Shown: piece after piece, positions 1 through 10,154 of the stretch
Position numbering within the stretch: the first letter of the stretch is position 1
Layout of the letters: every line of letters begins with the position of its first letter
From: Macrostomum lignano
Lineage: Eukaryota
Direction of reading: 5' to 3'
Length of the DNA stretch: 32,186 nucleotides
Assembly (NCBI GenBank): GCA_002269645.1
Contig: NIVC01000191.1
Span: 40,418 to 72,603 of the forward strand
Position numbers and translations under genes: made by a program
The notes under the pieces: model-generated
The model's database searches: none
Told to the model about the DNA's origin: nothing
Seen by the model: only the letters and a program-made list of their open reading frames with translations

Positions 1-1600
1 TGTCCCTGTCTTTTTTGGGATCGGCACGATGTGCGCGACGGTCCACTCGGTAGGTGCAGGAGCGCCGGCCAGCACGCAATTCATGACGCCTGTGACCTGG
101 GAGGCCACACAGCGGAGCCGCAGCGCTTCGACTGGGACTTCGTCGGGCGAGCGCCTTGCCGCCTGATGTTTTCCGAGCGTACAGCACAACGTCCTCCGTT
201 GGTGACTGGGCTGGTGCAGAAGTCCTCAGCTGGGAGCGGCGTGTCCAGTGGAGCGCAAAGCTGGTGGGCAGCGGCGACGTGGGCGCGTTCACGATGCGGC
301 GAAGAAGTCGCGCAATCATTCCTGCGCTCCTCCGGGGTGTCGCTGGCCAGTTCAGCGCCACGCGCTTTTGCGTCCCGTCAGAGTCCGACGGCCGTCCACA
401 CTGCGCGGCTCTTCACGTCGGGGCCGGCTGCAGTGATGCGACCTTATTGGCGTCGTCGACAGCGGCCTGCTGCCGCTCGTCAAGAAGGCGCTCAAATGCG
501 TCTTCAGCGTCGCCTGTTGACCTCCGCGTTCTGCGGAATCGCTCGATGTTGAGCCGCCTGCCTGATGATGGGGTCGCTCTGCCAGACAGGCAACGATTCT
601 GCGCTGGCCGCATCAGCGGGACCGTCTGCTCTGCAGCGGCTCTAACGGCGGCGCTGATGTCGGAATACTCCGCCTCGCGCTGGTCCCAAGCGCGCCGACG
701 AAGGTGACCAGGCGGGCAGGCGGCTTGCGAAACTGGTGTTCGCGGACACCAGATCCAGCCGGTCAAGCAGGTCCTCCAGCGCATCGGTGTTGGCGTTCTC
801 GCGTCCCGCGACAAAGGGCGAGCGCTCGGACCTCTGCGGGACTGCGTTCAGGTCTCCGAGCACTGCCAGCGTGTCGCGGTTTGGCACCTCTCCAGCTGCC
901 CAGCCAGGAAGTCGAAGAAGGCACGAGCCTCCTCGGGGTGAGCAGCGGTGGGTGCATACGCGCAGAACAGCCGGATGCAGCGGCCGCGCGCAGTCGCAGG
1001 TCGACCCGCATCAGTCGCGGGGACAGCGAGATGCAGTGCACGCTCTGCCGGAGGCGCGGTCCGATCAGTACCGACCGCCCCGGCCGCGGTTGTTGCCGAC
1101 GTGTGCAGGAGGCTCCAGCCGGCTTCGAGGTCCTCAGAGTGGAGCCGGCTCAGCCACGATAGAGACCTCCTGCAGCGAGACGAGGTCCAGCTGGGTCGTG
1201 GGCCAGCTGGACGAGAATGGTGCAACGCCAGGGGGCCTTCAGAGTTCAGCAGTTCACCGTGCCGAGCCTGAGGCGGCCACCTGGTACAGCTGGGGCCAGA
1301 TGGAGGTTGGCCTCATGGTCCCCGGCGCCACCCGGCGGATCCATAGTTAAAATAGCAGGGATTGGGGACAACAGGCGCCTGGCCGCGCCACGGAGTCGCC
1401 TTCGCCGGTTGCGCTCGCGCCGCCGCTCAGTGCGGCGTTGTGCGCTGCGCTGACCTCTGCCAGTCCCTGCTGTGCTGAGCTTTGCTGCCGCAGCCGAAGC
1501 GCGGCCGTCCGAGCCAACCGAGGTGATCCGCGGCCTGATGATCTGACCGCGATGCCAGGAGGTGTGAGCACTATTTGCACGGGTGTGCAAATAAAATGGC
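1..1600 (-). mobile_element. 5' portion of a degenerate non-LTR retrotransposon (LINE, RTE-like single ORF: APE endonuclease then RT); runs off the left edge
   Basis: Manual minus-strand translation across frames from ATG 1344 gives APE motifs RLRLGTVNC(*)TL, LDLVSLQEV, RLFCAYAPT, LAVLGDLNA and LDLVSANT. Near 10-150 it gives the RT N-terminal motif PDEVPVEAL...PTEWTVAHIVPIPKK. There is an in-frame TGA at 1246-1248 and several frameshifts. GC content drops sharply at ~1600. Confidence 0.85.
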
Positions 1601-1893
1601 TCAATAACTACTATAATAAAAATGCTTTGAAATAATAATCAACATATTAGCAGATTCAATTCTTGCTACAACTGCAGGCTATTTGCAATAAATGATACTG
1701 ACTTAGTGCTAGATAGCTTAAGCTTATAGATTTAAGATCTATAATCCTTATATCAATAAGAAATGTGCTTTTTATATGGTTGAAGAATATCTATAGAATG
1801 TTTTTTTGAGAAATGGTGGACCATTGATACCAGTGGATGTGTAAGGTGCAGCTATTTGCAACTTTGATCCTAGCTTTGAGATAATATGAGTAT

Positions 1894-2147
1894 TTTAGCG
1901 GCTTGCGAAAACGAAGTAAGTTGCAAGCGAGAAACGTGAAAGTTTATTTGCTTTACGCGGTAAGTATAAATAAGCACGCGATCACATGGGGAGGTGCGCC
2001 AAAAAGGTGGCACGATTGAAGGCCAACCCCCCCGACTTAGCATACTGACTGTCTGTCCGAGTACACCCACCCCCCAGCCTGGCGGGCAGGGGGTTTCAGT
2101 GCAGATGTACTCGCAATCGCTGGCTGCGTGCTGATTGGGCCGCCACA
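1894..2147 (-). repeat. 3' LTR (254 bp)
   Basis: Identical by eye to 5796-6049; on the minus strand it reads TGTGGCGG...CCGCTAAA. Confidence 0.95.
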
Positions 2148-2150
2148 CAG

Positions 2151-2158
2151 CTCCCCCC
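2151..2158 (-). promoter_or_regulatory. Polypurine tract (GGGGGGAG)
   Basis: Purine run 3 nt upstream of the 3' LTR on the minus strand. Confidence 0.85.
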
Positions 2159-2167
2159 AGCACCGAG

Positions 2168-3290
2168 CTATGTGTCGAAAACCGTTCGGCGGCACCGGCG
2201 TGGCGGCTGCCGGCGGCTGGGGAGGGCGGCCTGGGGTTGCTGGCTGTCGGCGGCGGCCGAGGGTGGTACAGGCCGCTTAGGCGGGCGGCCTCTCGGTCGT
2301 ACAGATGGCAGCGGGACCGGCTCTCGCGAGTCGATGATGGCCGGCTTCAACCTGTCGACTGTCACGCGGTCCTGGCGCGTCCCCAGGTCGAGCAGGAAAG
2401 TCTTGGCGTCCCGCTCGAGGACCTTGAATGGGCCGTCATACGGCTTCTGCAGCGGGGCTCGGTGACCGTCGCGCCGGACGAACACGAACGGGCAGGCATC
2501 GAGTGCGGCGGGCCAGGCGGTCGGGCGGCAGCCGTGATGCGCCGTGGGTGTCGGCCGGAACGCCTGGACTGCGTCGCGGAGCCGAACGAGAAACTGGTCG
2601 TGGCCTTCGGTTGCCGGGCCGGGCTGCAGGCACTCGCCGGGCACGCAGAGGGGCGCTCCGTAAACCAGCTCAGCCGACGATGCCGGCAGGTCCTCCTTGG
2701 GCGCCGTCCGGATGCCGAGCAGCACCCAGGGCAGCTCGCTGACCCAGGCCGGTCCCGTCAGCCGCGCCCTGAGGGCGGCCTTCAGCTGCCGATGGAACCG
2801 CTCGACCAGCCCGTTCGCCTGCGGATGGAAGGCCGTAGTCCGGTGCAGCTGCATGCCGAGCAGCCGGGAGACGTTGGACCAGAGCTGCGACATGAACTGC
2901 GAGCCGCGGTCCGAGGTGAGGTCACCCGGCACGCCAAATCGGGCAACCCAGTGGGCGATGAAGGCGGAGGCACAGGCTGCGGCGGAAGTGTCAGTTATCG
3001 GGATCGCCTCCGGCCACCTGGTGAATCGGTCAACGATCGTTAGCAGATGCGTAAAGCCTTGAGACGACGGCAGCGGCCCCACCAAGTCGACATGCACGTG
3101 GGCGAAGCGCTGGTCTGGGACGCGAATGCTCTCTACCGGGGCGGTGACGTGCCGATGCACCTTGGCCGTCTGGCAGGCTACGCAAGTGCGCGCCCACCCG
3201 CTGACGTCCCGGTTCATGCTAGCCCACACGAATTTGGCGGCCACGAGGCGCCGCGTGCTGCGGACTGACGGTGGGCGAGGCCGTGGATGG
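2168..3290 (-). CDS. Integrase region of pol
   Basis: IHGLAH...CVAC zinc-binding motif (split by a frameshift near 3270), HVDLVGP (D), TSDRGSQF (D), NGLVERFH (E), and KPYDGPF (GPY/F motif). No chromodomain. Confidence 0.93.
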
Positions 3291-3960
3291 CGTCGAAGAC
3301 GGCGCGGCGGAAATCCGGAGGCACCAGCGGGCGCGGCCGGCCGGTCGAGATGTCGCACAGCAGGGCGACGCCAGGGCTGAGCTGCAGCGGCTCGAGCTGA
3401 AGGCTAGCGTCCTCTTGGGCAGTCGGGTCTGCTGTCTGCGCCTGCGCCATGGCCGCGAAGTCCACACCGGGTAGCAGCCGGGGCTGTACCGAGGCGATCG
3501 TGCAGCGGGACAGCGCGTCCGCCACCGGGTTGTCCTTGCCCGCCACATGCTGGACATCGGTGGTGAACTCAGACACGTACGCCAGATGCCGCTGCTGTCG
3601 TGCTGACCACGGGTCCGACATCTTAGACATGGCCGCGACGAGTGGCTTGTGGTCCGTGAAGGCGGTGAAGGCGCGGCCCTCGAGCGCGTAGCGGAAATGC
3701 CGGACCGCCAGGTACAGGGCAAGCAGCTCACGGTCGAACGCGCTGTACTTCTGCTCAGGCGCTCGGAGCTGCCGGCTGAAGAAAGCGAGCGGCTGCCACG
3801 CGCCGCCCACCCGCTGCTCGAGCGCTGCGCCGACGGCGGTGTCCGAGGCGTCGACAGTGAGGGCGATGGGCGCGTCGGCCCGCGGTGCGCCAACAGTGCG
3901 GCGGAAGCCAGTGCCCGCTTGGCTCCTTCGAAGGCGGCAGTCAGCTCGGGTGTCCACCTC
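3290..3960 (-). CDS. RNase H region of pol (frameshifted at its 5' side)
   Basis: LTVDASDTAVGAALEQ, PLAFFSRQL, YSAFDRELLALYLAVRHF, TDHKPL. Confidence 0.92.
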
Positions 3961-4671
3961 ACGAGCTTCTCCTTGCCAGCAGTGGCCGCATGGATGGGGC
4001 GCAGCAGCTGGCGGCGCGCGGCACGAAGCGGTGGTAGAAATTCACCATGCCGGCGAACTCCTGCAGGCCCTTGACGGTGGCTGGCGGCGCGAACCTGGCG
4101 ATGGCGTCGACTTTGGCGGGCAGCGGCACGGCTCCCTGGGCGCTGATCCGGTGGCCGAGGAAGTCGATCTCACTGCGGCCGAACTCGCACTTCGCCGGGT
4201 TGATGATCAGACCGTTGTCCGCCAGGCGCTGGAACAGCGTGCGCAGGTGCTCCAGGTGCTGCTGCGGGCTGCGGCTGGCGACTAGGAAATCGTCAATGTA
4301 GGCGAAAACGAAGTCGAGATCCTGGCAGACGGAGTCCACCAACCGCTGGAAGGCCTGGGCGGCGTTCTTGAGCCCGAACGGCATTCGCAGGAACTCGAAG
4401 AGGCCGAACGGGGTGATGACGGCGGTCTTGGGCACATCGGCCGCAGCCACGGGCACTTGGTGGTAGCCGCGAACCAGGTCGATCTTGGAGAAGACCGAGC
4501 ACCCGGTCAGGCGCGCTGAAAAGTCCTGAATGTGCGGCACCGGGTAGCGGTCGGGCACCGTGGCGTCGTTGAGCCGCCTGAAATCGCCGCAGGGACGCCA
4601 GCCGCCCGAGGCCTTGGCACCATGTGCAGCGGTGAGGACCACGGGCTGTTGGACCGGCGCACGATGCCGAG
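3960..4671 (-). CDS. Reverse transcriptase region of pol
   Basis: SPWSSPLHMV (other frame), WRPCGDFRRLN, FSKIDLVRGYHQ, TPFGLFEFLRMPFGLKNA, catalytic YIDD, KCEF...FLGH. Frameshifts near 4615 and 4010. Confidence 0.95.
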
Positions 4672-5289
4672 CTACTCCAGGAGCCGGAACTCCTCCTTGG
4701 CCACCGCCAGCTTGTCCGGCGGCAGGCGGCGAGGGCGGGCGTGGACCGGCGGGCCCTGCGTCGGGATGTGGTGCTCCACCCCATGCCGTGGCGCAGCCCG
4801 CTGGAAACTGGGCTCGGTGAGAGCGGGGAACTCGGCCAGCAGCTGGCTGTACGGGTCCGCGGTGGCAGCCGCGGCGAGCTGCAGACCAGGCCCGATGCCG
4901 TCCAGCAGGTGCACGCTGGCGAGCGAGCAAGCGTCCAGGAGCCGCCGGTGCGGCAGGTCCACCAGCAGGCCGTGGTGTCGGAGGAAGTCCGCGCCGATCA
5001 GCGGGCGCGAGACTTCGGCCAAGACGAACGGCCAGGAGCAGCGCTTGATGCCGAGGTCGAGCGTGAGCTGCCGGGAGCCGAAGGTGCGTATCAGGCTGCC
5101 ATTGGCTGCGTAAAGCGGCGGGCCAGTGGACCGCAGGCGTGCATCGGTGCCAGTGACAGGGAAGATGCTGACCTCGGCGCCCGTGTCGACCAGAAAACGC
5201 CGGCCCGTCAGCACATCGGGAATGAGCAACAGGTTGCTGTTGTTGCCGGCCGCCGAGCTGTTCACTGACGGCCGGCCTGCCCGTTTCCC
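4672..5289 (-). CDS. Aspartic protease region of pol (in the -1 frame relative to gag; ends at a premature TAG at 4672-4674)
   Basis: FLVDTGAEVSIFP, LYAANGSLI, PLIGADFL, GVEHHIPTQGPPV. Confidence 0.92.
   Translation of the reverse strand, partial: GKRAGRPSVNSSAAGNNSNLLLIPDVLTGRRFLVDTGAEVSIFPVTGTDARLRSTGPPLYAANGSLIRTFGSRQLTLDLGIKRCSWPFVLAEVSRPLIGADFLRHHGLLVDLPHRRLLDACSLASVHLLDGIGPGLQLAAAATADPYSQLLAEFPALTEPSFQRAAPRHGVEHHIPTQGPPVHARPRRLPPDKLAVAKEEFRLLE
5245..5289 (-). promoter_or_regulatory. Putative programmed -1 ribosomal frameshift signal
   Basis: G GGA AAC heptamer (5283-5289) in the gag frame, 6-nt spacer, then an 8-bp stem GCCGGCCG/CGGCCGGC (5245-5276). The -1 frame reads GKR into the protease. 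Confidence 0.8.
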
Positions 5290-5765
5290 TGGAAGCTGCA
5301 GGGTGCCTCGCAGCGATGGGCCTTCGCGCCGAACCGGCGATGATAAAAGCACAGCCCGCTGTCCTGACCGCGCTGTGGGGGCCGATGCTGCCGGGCCGGG
5401 CGGCTGCTCCTGCTGGCCGAAGCCACCGCCGGCTCATCCATGAGTTCTGAGGGCCGCCGATCACCGAGGCCGGTCATGTTGAGCAGGCGACTGGCCCTCT
5501 GCTGCCTCGTCAAGTCGAAGGTGCCTTTGAGACGTTGCTTCAGCGTCTCGGACTTGCCCTCTGCTGGGGGAGCCTCTAAAATGTCGAGGAGGCGTTCAGC
5601 CGTTTGCTGGTCGAGCGCTGCCACCAAGTAGTTGTACTTGGTCGCATCTTGAGTGATTCCGCGCAGAGAAAACTGGGCTTCGGCTTGAATGAACCATGCG
5701 CGGGGTTGAGCTGCCCAAAACGTGGGCAGTTTGAGAGAGACAGCTGCCTCTGTGTTGGAAGCCAT
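5262..5765 (-). CDS. Gag (167 aa, apparently internally deleted)
   Basis: LKLPTFW...WFIQAEAQF...TKYNYLVAAL N-terminus and C-terminal CHCC motif. The ATG lies about 17 nt downstream of the PBS. Confidence 0.92.
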   Translation of the reverse strand: MASNTEAAVSLKLPTFWAAQPRAWFIQAEAQFSLRGITQDATKYNYLVAALDQQTAERLLDILEAPPAEGKSETLKQRLKGTFDLTRQQRASRLLNMTGLGDRRPSELMDEPAVASASRSSRPARQHRPPQRGQDSGLCFYHRRFGAKAHRCEAPCSFQGNGQAGRQ

Positions 5766-5781
5766 TGTACGAAATAGCTAT

Positions 5782-5794
5782 GTCGGGCTCACCA
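5782..5794 (-). promoter_or_regulatory. Primer binding site, tRNA-Trp-like
   Basis: TGGTGAGCCCGAC begins 1 nt after the 5' LTR. It is complementary, with one mismatch, to the metazoan tRNA-Trp 3' end as I recall it (GTCGGGGTCACCA). Confidence 0.8.
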
Positions 5795-5795
5795 A

Positions 5796-6049
5796 TTTAG
5801 CGGCTTGCGAAAACGAAGTAAGTTGCAAGCGAGAAACGTGAAAGTTTATTTGCTTTACGCGGTAAGTATAAATAAGCACGCGATCACATGGGGAGGTGCG
5901 CCAAAAAGGTGGCACGATTGAAGGCCAACCCCCCCGACTTAGCATACTGACTGTCTGTCCGAGTACACCCACCCCCCAGCCTGGCGGGCAGGGGGTTTCA
6001 GTGCAGATGTACTCGCAATCGCTGGCTGCGTGCTGATTGGGCCGCCACA
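5796..6049 (-). repeat. 5' LTR (254 bp)
   Basis: Direct repeat of 1894-2147, followed by the PBS. Confidence 0.95.
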
Positions 6050-6159
6050 GTATCTAGTGCTTATCCAAAAGGCTTAATTGAGACCTGCTATAGATAATAA
6101 TATAGTCACTCACTAAAGTACTGATCCAGCCGGCCAAAGTAATCCCAGTAAAGGAACAA

Positions 6160-6693
6160 TTGGGTTGCAATGCTCACTAAAGTAACAGTTGGTTTGCAAT
6201 GCCCACTAAAGTATCAGTTGGGTTGCAATGCCTACTAAAGTAACAGTGAGGTTGCAATGCTCACTAAAGTAACAGTGAGGTTGCAATGCCCACTAAAGTA
6301 ACAGTGAGGTTGCAATGCTCACTAAAGTATCAGTTGGGTTGCAATGCTCACTAAAGTATCAGTTGGGTTGCAATGCCCACTAAAGTAACAGTGAGGTTGC
6401 AATGCTCACTAAAGTATCAGTTGGGTTGCAATGCTCACTAAAGTATCAGTTGGGTTGCAATGCCCACTAAAGTATCAGTTGGGTTGCAATGCTCACTAAA
6501 GTATCAGTTGGGTTGCAATGCTCATTAAAGTATCAGTTGGGTTGCAATGCCCACTAAAGTAACAGTGAGGTTACAATGCTCACTAAAGTAACAGTTGGGT
6601 TGCAATGCTCACTAAAGTAACAGTGAGGTTGCAATGCTCACTAAAGTATCAGTTGGGTTGCAATGCTCACTAAAGTAACAGTGAGGTTGCAAT
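6160..6693. repeat. 29-bp minisatellite, ~18 copies (GGGTTGCAATGCTCACTAAAGTATCAGTT and variant)
   Basis: Direct tandem periodicity with two alternating variants (TATCAGTTGG / AACAGTGAG). Confidence 0.93.
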
Positions 6694-7610
6694 ACCATAG
6701 AAACCTCATTGCCAATACTCTGTTTTAAAGAGAATAGCTGTCTATGTTGTGCCCTGAAGAATCGCCCCCCACCGTTACTCGTTCTCGAAATTATGTTATG
6801 TTAGTCTTGATTCCTTACAGTTGTATCTATGCTCTCAACTCCCACCCAAAGCCACTTAAGACCTCAGCTTTCATCATTTCTCTTCTTTAAAACTCGCTTT
6901 GCCACTTTAAGTTGAAGTCCATTATCAAATACAAGTTACAACAAGGTTCGATCCACAAACGGTCTAGTTTCTAGCTAATTAAGAAAATTCTTAATTAATT
7001 ACGCCATTCTGACAAAGTCAAAGGACCTTAATTAACAGTTTCTACCTCGAATAAAGCGAAAGTGAAGGTATAACGTGCCCATGAGTAGAAGGGCGGGGTT
7101 GGCAACATCTTTGGGGCGTATAGATCTGGCTTATACTTCACTTTCAGAAATTTGTGTGCAGAACAAGATGACACCACGCCCAAAACTATATGTTGCCTAA
7201 ATTAGAAGTTCTTATATTTATTAACTAACTAGCCAGTACATTTGGTATCAGCCTATCGTACTGTACGCATTGTACAGTAGAGGGTTATATTGCTGAGAAG
7301 CATTCCGACAGATACAAAAGAGAAAAATTGTGGGTGGGTGGGCCGGTCTCGGTCGTGTTTGAAGTGTGCAACTTCTTATCTCTTTATATTTCTCTCCTAT
7401 CTTCTAGTGGAGTTTAAACTACAGCTGGAAGACAGAGTTATTCGTGTTAGATAAAATAGAATCGAACTTAACCAAGCTCGTCTTATCTTTTGTTCGACCA
7501 TTTTTAACGCATTTGAATTTTTTTGACTTTGCTAGATTTTTGTATTTTGATTTTTCATGCGCAGTTTTCTTCTCTCACTGCAGATCGCTTAGGTGCTCAC
7601 AGTGTTTGCC

Positions 7611-7754
7611 ATGAGCAGCAGCGGTAACGCCGCCTTTGCTGCTCAAAAGTTGAGTCAGCAGCAGCAGCAGCAACAGAAGCAACAGCAAAAGCAGTCGCCG
7701 CAACAGGGTGGCACTGTCTACATCCGTGTCTCCGTACCAGAGACTAACAAACAG
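7611..7754 (+). CDS. SHANK: SHANK-family gene, coding exon 1 (MSSSGN...polyQ...TVYIRVSVPETNKQ)
   Basis: ATG at 7611, acceptor at 7583, donor CAG|GTTAGT, 144 nt, phase 0. Resembles the SHANK N-terminal VVRVGIPDLQQ segment. Confidence 0.85.
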
Positions 7755-7834
7755 GTTAGTTTTAACACTCAGTGCTGCACACTTTATTAAGCTGTACAAA
7801 TACTTAAGCTTGAAATTTTGAGCTTTCGAGTTTG

Positions 7835-8630
7835 GAGCTTGTGAAGTTTCGAGCTTGTGAAGCTTCGAGCTTGTGAAGCTTCGAGCTTGTGAAGCTTCGA
7901 GCTTGTGAAGCTTCGAGCTTGTGAAGCTTCGAGCTTGTGAAGCTTCGAGCTTGTGAAGCTTCGAGCTTGTGAAGCTTCGAGCTTGTGAAGCTTCGAGCTT
8001 GTGAAGCTTCGAGCTTGTGAAGCTTCGAGCTTGTGAAGCTTCGAGCTTGTGAAGCTTCGAGCTTGTGAAGCTTCGAGCTTGTGAAGCTTCGAGCTTGTGA
8101 AGCTTCGAGCTTGTGAAGCTTCGAGCTTGTGAAGCTTCGAGCTTGTGAAGCTTCGAGCTTGTGAAGCTTCGAGCTTGTGAAGCTTCGAGCTTGTGAAGCT
8201 TCGAGCTTGTGAAGCTTCGAGCTTGTGAAGCTTCGAGCTTGTGAAGCTTCGAGCTTGTGAAGCTTCGAGCTTGTGAAGCTTCGAGCTTGTGAAGCTTCGA
8301 GCTTGTGAAGCTTCGAGCTTGTGAAGCTTCGAGCTTGTGAAGCTTCGAGCTTGTGAAGCTTCGAGCTTGTGAAGTTTCGAGCTTGTGAAGCTTCGAGCTT
8401 GTGAAGCTTCGAGCTTGTGAAGCTTCGAGCTTGTGAAGCTTCGAGCTTGTGAAGCTTCGAGCTTGTGAAGCTTCGAGCTTGTGAAGCTTCGAGCTTGTGA
8501 AGCTTCGAGCTTGTGAAGCTTCGAGCTTGTGAAGCTTTGAGCTTGTGAAGTTTCGAGCTTGTGAAGTTTCGAGCTTGTGAAGCTTCGAGCTTGTGAAGTT
8601 TCGAGCTTGTGAAGCTTCGAGCTTGTGAAA
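7835..8630. repeat. 16-bp minisatellite (GAAGCTTCGAGCTTGT), ~50 copies, intron 1
   Basis: Near-perfect tandem array. Confidence 0.97.
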
Positions 8631-9139
8631 GCGAAATTTCTGACTGTCCTTGAAATCGAGCAACCCAGCTACGATCTATCAAGATTTTGTTCAAAATATA
8701 GTTTTTAGTTACAAAATCCAAACTGAACTAAGTCCACATCATCGACATAATATCGTTTAGTATCTGGTATCAACGTGAGACCAATATAATGACTGGATTC
8801 CTCCTTTATAGAGATTGACCCGCTTCGATGCACTTTTAAGATGGTTTTGAGTTTCAAGCATCTTGTGAGCTCAGGATGCTGTGCGTGACTTATAGAGCTC
8901 TGTGTGGCCTGAGGCCCTCATGTGGGGCTTACTGTCTGGATTAAAAATCCACTCATTTAAGTGATACTAGCGCACATGTATGTACTCAGAGTCTAAACAT
9001 TTTTTGCGCTTAATTACAAACAATCAAAGGTGAAGTTATTGCGCTAAAATCGTTTCATTTAGTGATTCTAGTCATCTCATCATCCTTTTAAATTATCGAA
9101 TAATCAAATTATTTCTTCATACTATCAAATAATTGCTTT

Positions 9140-9765
9140 AACCCATCTAATCATTTCTTCAGATCATCTAATCATTCATTCAGATTATCTAATCATTCAT
9201 TCAGATCATCTAATCATTCCTTTAGATCATCAAATCATTCCTTTAGATATCTAATCATTCTTTCAGATCATTAAATCATTCCTTTCGATCATCTAATCAT
9301 TCCTTTCGGTCATTTAATCATTCCTTTAGATCATCTAATCATTCTTTTAGATCGTCTAATCGTTCCTTCAGATTATCTAATCATTCCTTCAGATTATCTA
9401 ATCATTTCTTCAGATTATCTAATCATTCCTTCAGATTATCTAATCATTTCTTCAGATTATCTAATCATTCCTTCAGATTATCTAATCATTTCTTCAGATT
9501 ATCTAATCATTTCTTCAGATTATCTAATCATTCCTTCAGATTATCTAATCATTTCTTCAGATTATCTAATCATTCCTTCAGATTATCTAATCATTTCTTC
9601 AGATTATCTAATCATTACTTCAGATTATCTAATCATTTCTTCAGATTATCTAATCATTCCTTCAGATTATCTAATCATTTCTTCAGATTATCTAATCATT
9701 TCTTCAGATTATCTAATCATTTCTTCAGATTATCTAATCATTCCTTCAGATGATTTTTTAAGATC
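9140..9765. repeat. 21-bp minisatellite (CAGATTATCTAATCATTYCTT), intron 1
   Basis: Tandem periodicity with a degenerate left edge. Confidence 0.93.
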
Positions 9766-9878
9766 ATTTCTTTAAGTTTTAATCATCAAATTACCGTTTA
9801 GCCATTGTGAATCGCACCAAATTCCAAGAATTAACGTTGACAAAAAGTTCCACAATGATAACTGCCGTTTCTACCCAG

Positions 9879-10076
9879 AAATGCCTGCAATTTCAACTCT
9901 CGGATACTGTGCTAACAGCCAAGCAGCTGGTGCTGCTGCAACTCGGCCAAGACTTGAAAGATCCCTGGAATTTCGGGCTCTACTGCCCGCCAGTTAGCGG
10001 CAAGGCTGGCAAATTTCTGCAGGAAGAGCGGCCGCTGAAGGATTATCCACTAGCTGGGCCGATTGGCTTCCTAGAG
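9879..10076 (+). CDS. SHANK: SHANK exon 2, ubiquitin-like (SPN/FERM F0) domain
   Basis: KCLQFQLSDTVLTAKQ...NFGLYCPPVSGKAGKFLQEERPLKDYPL matches the SHANK NYGLFQPP...GKFLDEER motif. CCCAG acceptor, GTAAG donor, 198 nt. Confidence 0.95.
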
Positions 10077-10154
10077 GTAAGAATTATGATTTAAGATGTT
10101 CGAGAGTTAAACCAGTACAATTGCTATTTTGTACTTTGTAAGAACTCACTGGAT

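Larger units (their letters stand above)
1894..6049 (-). mobile_element. Full-length Ty3/Gypsy LTR retrotransposon, CsRn1/Kabuki-like lineage (4156 bp)
   Basis: Two 254-bp direct LTRs, GTAT TSD (1890-1893 and 6050-6053), PBS, PPT, and gag-PR-RT-RH-IN order. Gag carries C-x2-H-x9-C-x3-C (CFYHRRFGAKAHRCEAPC). No env ORF. Confidence 0.96.

Noticed and set aside
31-1350. Plus-strand ORFs over the LINE
   Set aside because: They are antisense shadows; the conserved APE and RT motifs are on the minus strand.
2160-2300. Chromodomain or env after integrase
   Set aside because: The integrase C-terminus is a short Pro/Arg-rich tail directly followed by the PPT, leaving no space or motif.
2135-5631. 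Plus-strand ORFs of up to 302 aa antisense to gag-pol
   Set aside because: They are shadow ORFs of GC-rich coding sequence with no recognisable motifs.
6160-6693. CRISPR-like array (29-bp repeat); the same question applies to the 33-, 37- and 44-bp arrays
   Set aside because: Units are head-to-tail with no unique spacers, there are no cas genes, and the context is eukaryotic and intron-containing.
7575-8721. Long ORFs of 305-362 aa on the minus strand
   Set aside because: They are translations of the 16-bp satellite. The same applies to ORFs over 11938-13407, 15089-15750, 17081-18445, 20714-21589 and 28502-29413.
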